From positions 1 to 42,583 of the forward strand of contig JBDRSA010000025.1 of the NCBI GenBank assembly GCA_043825275.1: a DNA stretch of 42,583 bases, written 5' to 3'. The notes under the pieces were generated by a model, which saw only the letters and a list, made by a program, of their open reading frames with translations, searched no databases and had not been told where the DNA came from. The DNA comes from Candidatus Omnitrophota bacterium (GTDB taxonomy: Bacteria; Omnitrophota; Gorgyraeia; 2-01-FULL-45-10; JBDRSA01). The position numbers and the translations under genes are program-made. Positions 38,392-42,583 of the stretch are shown one piece after another (within the stretch, counting starts at the first letter, position 1; each line of letters begins with the position of its first letter).

Positions 38392-38881
38392 GTACTATTA
38401 TCTGGTCGCGTCGATGCCGTATCTGGCGTTCGCCGCGGCGAATTTTCCGTCGGAAGAAGAGTTTCTCGCCGAGTGCGAAAAGTGGCTGAGCCTTCCGGAT
38501 ATGGCTGCGCTCGCGCAGGCCCGGATGAGCGGCTTTTCGATGGAACAAGCGGCAACGGAGCTCCTTAAGGCGTGGAAAGAGTTCGACACGAACGCGCGCG
38601 CCGAGCTTGCCGACGCGCATCCGCTTCTGAAGGCGCAAAGCAAAGCGAATATATCGGAAACGGCGCGGGAGATCTACGCGAAAGAGACGCCGCTCGCGAT
38701 GGAGCGGCGTTTCGAGCGCTCGCGGTGGGATTTTTTGGACGAGAAGGAACGGGAATACCATTTTGACCTCCAGTGGCTGATCATCTATTATCTGAAGATC
38801 AAGATCCTGACGCGGTTGGCCGGATTCGAACAAACGAAGGGGATCAACGCGTTTTCAAAAGTGTGTGAGGTAGCATTATGA
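38381..38881 (+). CDS. DUF2764-like V-ATPase operon protein (occupies the subunit C position)
   Basis: 166 aa starting MANKYYYLVASMPYLAF. Its position between E and A matches the Bacteroidetes/Chlamydia-type V-ATPase operons as I remember them. Confidence 0.5.
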   Translation: MANKYYYLVASMPYLAFAAANFPSEEEFLAECEKWLSLPDMAALAQARMSGFSMEQAATELLKAWKEFDTNARAELADAHPLLKAQSKANISETAREIYAKETPLAMERRFERSRWDFLDEKEREYHFDLQWLIIYYLKIKILTRLAGFEQTKGINAFSKVCEVAL

Positions 38882-40608
38882 GTGAACGTCGCGGCAGAAT
38901 CGTATCGATCACCGGGAACATGATCAGCGTAAAGATCGACGGTGATATAATCCAGAACGAGGTCGGCTACGTCATGAAAGGCGGCCGGAAGATGAAGGCC
39001 GAGGTCATCAAGATCCGCGGCGACATCGCCTTCATGCAGGTCTTCGAATACACCAAAGGGATCAAGATCGGCGACACCGTCGAATTTACCGGCGAGATGC
39101 TCTCGGTGCAGCTGGGGCCGGGGCTTCTTTCTCAGATCTACGACGGCCTTCAGAACCCGCTGCCTGAGCTCGCCGAGGAGTTCGGGTTCTTCCTGCCAAT
39201 CGGCGTGGAGCGCGATGCCATATCCTTTGAGAAGGAGTGGGAATTCGAGCCGCTCGCGAAAATTGGCGGCATCGTCAAAGGCGGCAGCTTCCTCGGCCAG
39301 GTGCCCGAAGGGATCTTCAAGCACAAGATCATGGCGCCATTCTATTTTAAGGGGGAGCTCACCGTCGAGAATATCGTCACGAAAGGTACCTACGCGGTCA
39401 GTCACACGATCGCGGTCCTTCGCGACGGGAAAGGGAATAAGCATGACATCACGATGGCCTTCAACTGGCCGGTCAAGCTTCCGATCGACGCCTACCGGGA
39501 GAAACTCCCGCCGGCGGAACCCTTAGTGACGAAGATACGCGTCATTGATACGCTCTTTCCGATCGTAAAAGGCGGGACATACTGTATCCCCGGGCCGTTT
39601 GGCGCCGGCAAGACGGTCCTTCAGCAGATAACGAGCCGCCATGCGGAGATCGATATCGTTATCATCGCCGCCTGCGGCGAGCGCGCCGGAGAGGTCGTCG
39701 AAACCTTACGGGAATTTCCCCATATTCAGGACCCCCGTACGGGGCGCTCGCTGATGGAGCGGACGATCATCATATGCAATACCTCATCGATGCCGGTCGC
39801 CGCGCGTGAATCGTCGGTCTACACCGGTACGACGATTGCCGAATATTACCGCCAGATGGGGCTCAATATCCTTCTTCTTGCCGACTCAACGAGCCGCTGG
39901 GCGCAGGCGATGCGCGAGATATCCGGGCGCCTTGAGGAGATCCCGGGCGAGGAGGCGTACCCGGCGTACCTCGAGAGCCGGATCGCCAATTTCTACGAGC
40001 GCTCGGGAAGGGTGCTTTTGCATTCGGGAGATATCGGCAGCCTTACGATCGGCGGAACGGTCAGTCCCGCCGGTGGTAATTTCGAGGAACCGGTGACGCA
40101 AGGGACGCTGAAAGTCGTCGGCGCATTCCACGGGTTGTCGCGTGACCGTTCGAACGCGCGGAAATTCCCGTCAATATCTCCGCTTGAGAGCTGGAGCAAA
40201 TATAAAGGATTTATTGACCAGGATCTCGTCGATACGGCGCGTGATGTTCTTTTTAAAGGGGAAGAGGCCGGCCAGATGATGAAGGTTGTCGGCGAAGAGG
40301 GGACCTCGATCGATGATTTTATAGTCTATCTGAAGTCGCAGTTCCTTGACGATGTGTATCTCCAGCAGAACGGCTTCGACCCGGTCGACGCGGCGACGGT
40401 TGCTGACCGCCAGAAGTACGTCTTCAAAAAAGTCATCGATGTTCTGCGCAAAAGTTTCACGTTTCCGGAAAAGGATGACGCGCGTAAATACTTCTACAGT
40501 TTACGGCACGGTTTCATAGACTGGAACTATAAGCCGTGGGGATCGGATGAGTTTAAAAAGCAAGAGTTAAAGATCGATAACCTCCTGGGTCCCGAGGTGA
40601 TCTCATGA
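38878..40608 (+). CDS. ntpA: V-type ATP synthase catalytic subunit A
   Basis: 576 aa. Walker [16 protein letters not shown], and the non-homologous-region layout typical of A subunits. Confidence 0.95.
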   Translation: MSERRGRIVSITGNMISVKIDGDIIQNEVGYVMKGGRKMKAEVIKIRGDIAFMQVFEYTKGIKIGDTVEFTGEMLSVQLGPGLLSQIYDGLQNPLPELAEEFGFFLPIGVERDAISFEKEWEFEPLAKIGGIVKGGSFLGQVPEGIFKHKIMAPFYFKGELTVENIVTKGTYAVSHTIAVLRDGKGNKHDITMAFNWPVKLPIDAYREKLPPAEPLVTKIRVIDTLFPIVKGGTYCIPGPFGAGKTVLQQITSRHAEIDIVIIAACGERAGEVVETLREFPHIQDPRTGRSLMERTIIICNTSSMPVAARESSVYTGTTIAEYYRQMGLNILLLADSTSRWAQAMREISGRLEEIPGEEAYPAYLESRIANFYERSGRVLLHSGDIGSLTIGGTVSPAGGNFEEPVTQGTLKVVGAFHGLSRDRSNARKFPSISPLESWSKYKGFIDQDLVDTARDVLFKGEEAGQMMKVVGEEGTSIDDFIVYLKSQFLDDVYLQQNGFDPVDAATVADRQKYVFKKVIDVLRKSFTFPEKDDARKYFYSLRHGFIDWNYKPWGSDEFKKQELKIDNLLGPEVIS

Positions 40609-41909
40609 GGAAAGTGTGCACAAAGATATTAAGTATCGTCGGTAACGTCGTCACGGTGCGCGCAAGCGGCGTGGCGTATGAAGAGCTCGCCGAGATCGCA
40701 ACGAAGCGCGAGACGTCGCTCGCCCAGGTGATCCGCATGGATGGCGACACGGTGTACCTTCAGGCGTTCGCCGGAAGCCGCGGCATCTCGACGGGTGACG
40801 AAGTACGGTTTCTAGGGCGCCCCATGATGGTCGGGTTCTCCGAGAACATGCTCGGCAGGATCTTTAACGGCAGCGGCATACCGCGCGACAAAGGCCCCGC
40901 GATCACCGAGAACATGATCGAGATCGCGGGCCCCGCGGTCAATCCCGCCAAGCGCATCATCCCCAGCAGGATGATCCGTACCAATATCCCGATGATCGAC
41001 GTTTTTAATTCGCTCGTCGAATCGCAGAAGCTTCCGATCTTCAGCGTGTCGGGTGAGCCGTACAACGAGGTCCTCGCCAGGATCGCTCTGCAGGCGGAAG
41101 TCGACCTGATCGTCCTGGGCGGCATCGGGCTCAAGTTTGACCAGTACCTCTTCTTCAAGGACGCGCTTGAAAAAGGCGGCGCCCTGAATCGGACGATTTT
41201 CTTCGTCCATACCGCAAGCGACCCCATCGTCGAAGGGCTCATGGTGCCGGATCTGGCATTGGCGGTCGCGGAGAGTTTCGCGCTGCGGGGAAAACGCGTT
41301 CTTGTCCTTCTGACCGACATGACGAACTTCGCCGACGCGCTGAAAGAGATCGCGATCACGATGGAGCAGGTTCCCTCCAACCGCGGCTATCCGGGCGATC
41401 TTTACAGCCAGCTCGCCGCGCGCTATGAGAAGGCAGTCGATTTCGAAGGGGCCGGGTCGCTCACGACGCTCGCGGTCACGACGATGCCCGGCGACGACGT
41501 AACGCATCCGGTGCCGGACAATACCGGCTATATCACCGAGGGGCAGTTCTATCTCCGCAACGGCCGTATCGAACCGTTCGGGTCTTTAAGCCGTCTCAAA
41601 CAGCTCGTCAATAAGGATTCGCGCGAGGACCACCGGGCGATCATGGACGGCATGATCCAGCTCTACGCGCAGTACCATGAAACCGAGGAGAAGCGGTCGA
41701 TGGGCTTCAGGATGAGCGAGTGGGACAAAAAACTCCTGAAGTACGGCGCGCTCTTCGAGGACCAGATGATGGACCTGAAAGTAAACATTCCGCTGGAACG
41801 AGCGCTCGATAACGGTTGGAAGATACTGGCTGATTGTTTTGACACCCATGAGACGAGTTTCCGCAGCGAGCTGATCGAAAAATTCTGGCCGAAACAGACA
41901 AAGGTGTAG
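40605..41909 (+). CDS. ntpB: V-type ATP synthase subunit B
   Basis: 434 aa. Degenerate P-loop region, [14 protein letters not shown] and [11 protein letters not shown] are present. A 4-nt overlap with ntpA. Confidence 0.9.
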   Translation: MRKVCTKILSIVGNVVTVRASGVAYEELAEIATKRETSLAQVIRMDGDTVYLQAFAGSRGISTGDEVRFLGRPMMVGFSENMLGRIFNGSGIPRDKGPAITENMIEIAGPAVNPAKRIIPSRMIRTNIPMIDVFNSLVESQKLPIFSVSGEPYNEVLARIALQAEVDLIVLGGIGLKFDQYLFFKDALEKGGALNRTIFFVHTASDPIVEGLMVPDLALAVAESFALRGKRVLVLLTDMTNFADALKEIAITMEQVPSNRGYPGDLYSQLAARYEKAVDFEGAGSLTTLAVTTMPGDDVTHPVPDNTGYITEGQFYLRNGRIEPFGSLSRLKQLVNKDSREDHRAIMDGMIQLYAQYHETEEKRSMGFRMSEWDKKLLKYGALFEDQMMDLKVNIPLERALDNGWKILADCFDTHETSFRSELIEKFWPKQTKV

Positions 41910-41936
41910 GATAAGCAAAAGAGGGTATGCGCTATA

Positions 41937-42065
41937 CATGTCTTTGCGAGGAGCGATAGCGACGAAGCACTCAGTCAGAATTATCAAATAAGACCCTCGC
42001 TTTCCACCAGAGGCGGACATGGCGCTCGGGAGATTGCTTCGCTCTCTTTGTTCGCTCGCAATGAC
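41937..42065. repeat. MITE-like element, copy E7
   Basis: catgtctttgcgaggagcgatagcgac-gaagcactc-agtcagaattatcaaataagaccctcgc...gcgctcgg-gagattgcttc-gctctctttgttcg-ctcgcaatgac. Confidence 0.8.
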
Positions 42066-42103
42066 GGGATAGGATAGAAATTTGCAATGACAAAGTATAA
42101 GCC

Positions 42104-42583
42104 ATGGCAAAACTGAAACTCACCAAGAACGAACTGAAGAAGCAGAAGGACGCGCTGAAGCGGTTCCGGCGATACCTGCCGACATTACTTTTGAAGAAGC
42201 AGCATCTCCAGCTTGAGATCGCCAAGATCCATCACCAGATCGAAGATGTCGATTCGGAGATCGCCTCGCTTCTTACAAAGGTCAAAGAATGGGCCGGTGT
42301 CTTCGCCGAAGATATCAAGATCGGCGAGCTGATCGCGCTTAAGGAGGTCGTTACTTCAGAAGGAAATATTGCAGGCGTCGATATCCCGGTGTTTGAGCGG
42401 ATCGAGTTCAAAGAAGAAGCGTACGACGCCGTACGGTATCCGCTCTGGGCCGCTTTCGGTATACGCGCGGTGAAGGATATGATCACGCTGAAGGAACGGC
42501 GCCTTATCCTCGGAAAACAGCTTGCGGCGATCCGGGAAGAGCTGCGCGTTACGACCCAACGGGTGAACCTCTTTGAAAAAGTG
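42104..42583 (+). CDS. ntpD: V-type ATP synthase subunit D, 3'-truncated by the window edge
   Basis: Not in the ORF track because it has no stop. My hand translation from ATG 42104 is open to the last base (160 codons): MAKLKLTKNELKKQKDALKRFRRYLPTLLLKKQHL...TTQRVNLFEKV. This is the subunit D pattern. Confidence 0.85.
   Translation, partial: MAKLKLTKNELKKQKDALKRFRRYLPTLLLKKQHLQLEIAKIHHQIEDVDSEIASLLTKVKEWAGVFAEDIKIGELIALKEVVTSEGNIAGVDIPVFERIEFKEEAYDAVRYPLWAAFGIRAVKDMITLKERRLILGKQLAAIREELRVTTQRVNLFEKV

Overview
This is a 42.6-kb bacterial window that looks like it comes from an uncultivated lineage. GC is heterogeneous by eye: hand-counted 60-nt lines range from about 28% to 65%. All convincing genes lie on the + strand.

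Gene order:
- a TPR protein, partial at the 5' end;
- two adjacent giant ORFs, G1 (1833-12896, 3,687 aa) and G2 (12961-25575, about 4,204 aa), which fill 56% of the window;
- a housekeeping block: nagA-glmS, then rsmI;
- a PyrR-attenuated pyrimidine operon: pyrR-pyrB-pyrC-pyrK-(orphan ORF)-pyrD-pyrF-pyrE;
- a V-type ATPase operon (E, DUF2764-like, A, B, D), with D running off the 3' edge.

G1 and G2 share an N-terminal leader, a membrane-embedded HExxH block and a roughly 215-aa C-terminal module. Their enzyme-like cargo differs: methyltransferase-like and GHMP-kinase-like modules in G1; protein-kinase-like, Cys-His-Asp peptidase-like, GNAT-like and GGDEF-like modules in G2.

The modules are separated by about 30 copies of a conserved R-x-S-P-[ST]-[GA]-[DEG] linker motif. 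That motif is fused to short-period (7-8 nt) degenerate repeat cassettes. The same cassette type also occurs directly after the stop codons of ordinary genes and as in-frame insertions in pyrK.

Seven copies of a nested-palindrome MITE-like element occupy intergenic gaps. I recognised no rRNA, tRNA, CRISPR array, transposase or integrase. All domain calls rest on motif recognition by eye, not on database searches.
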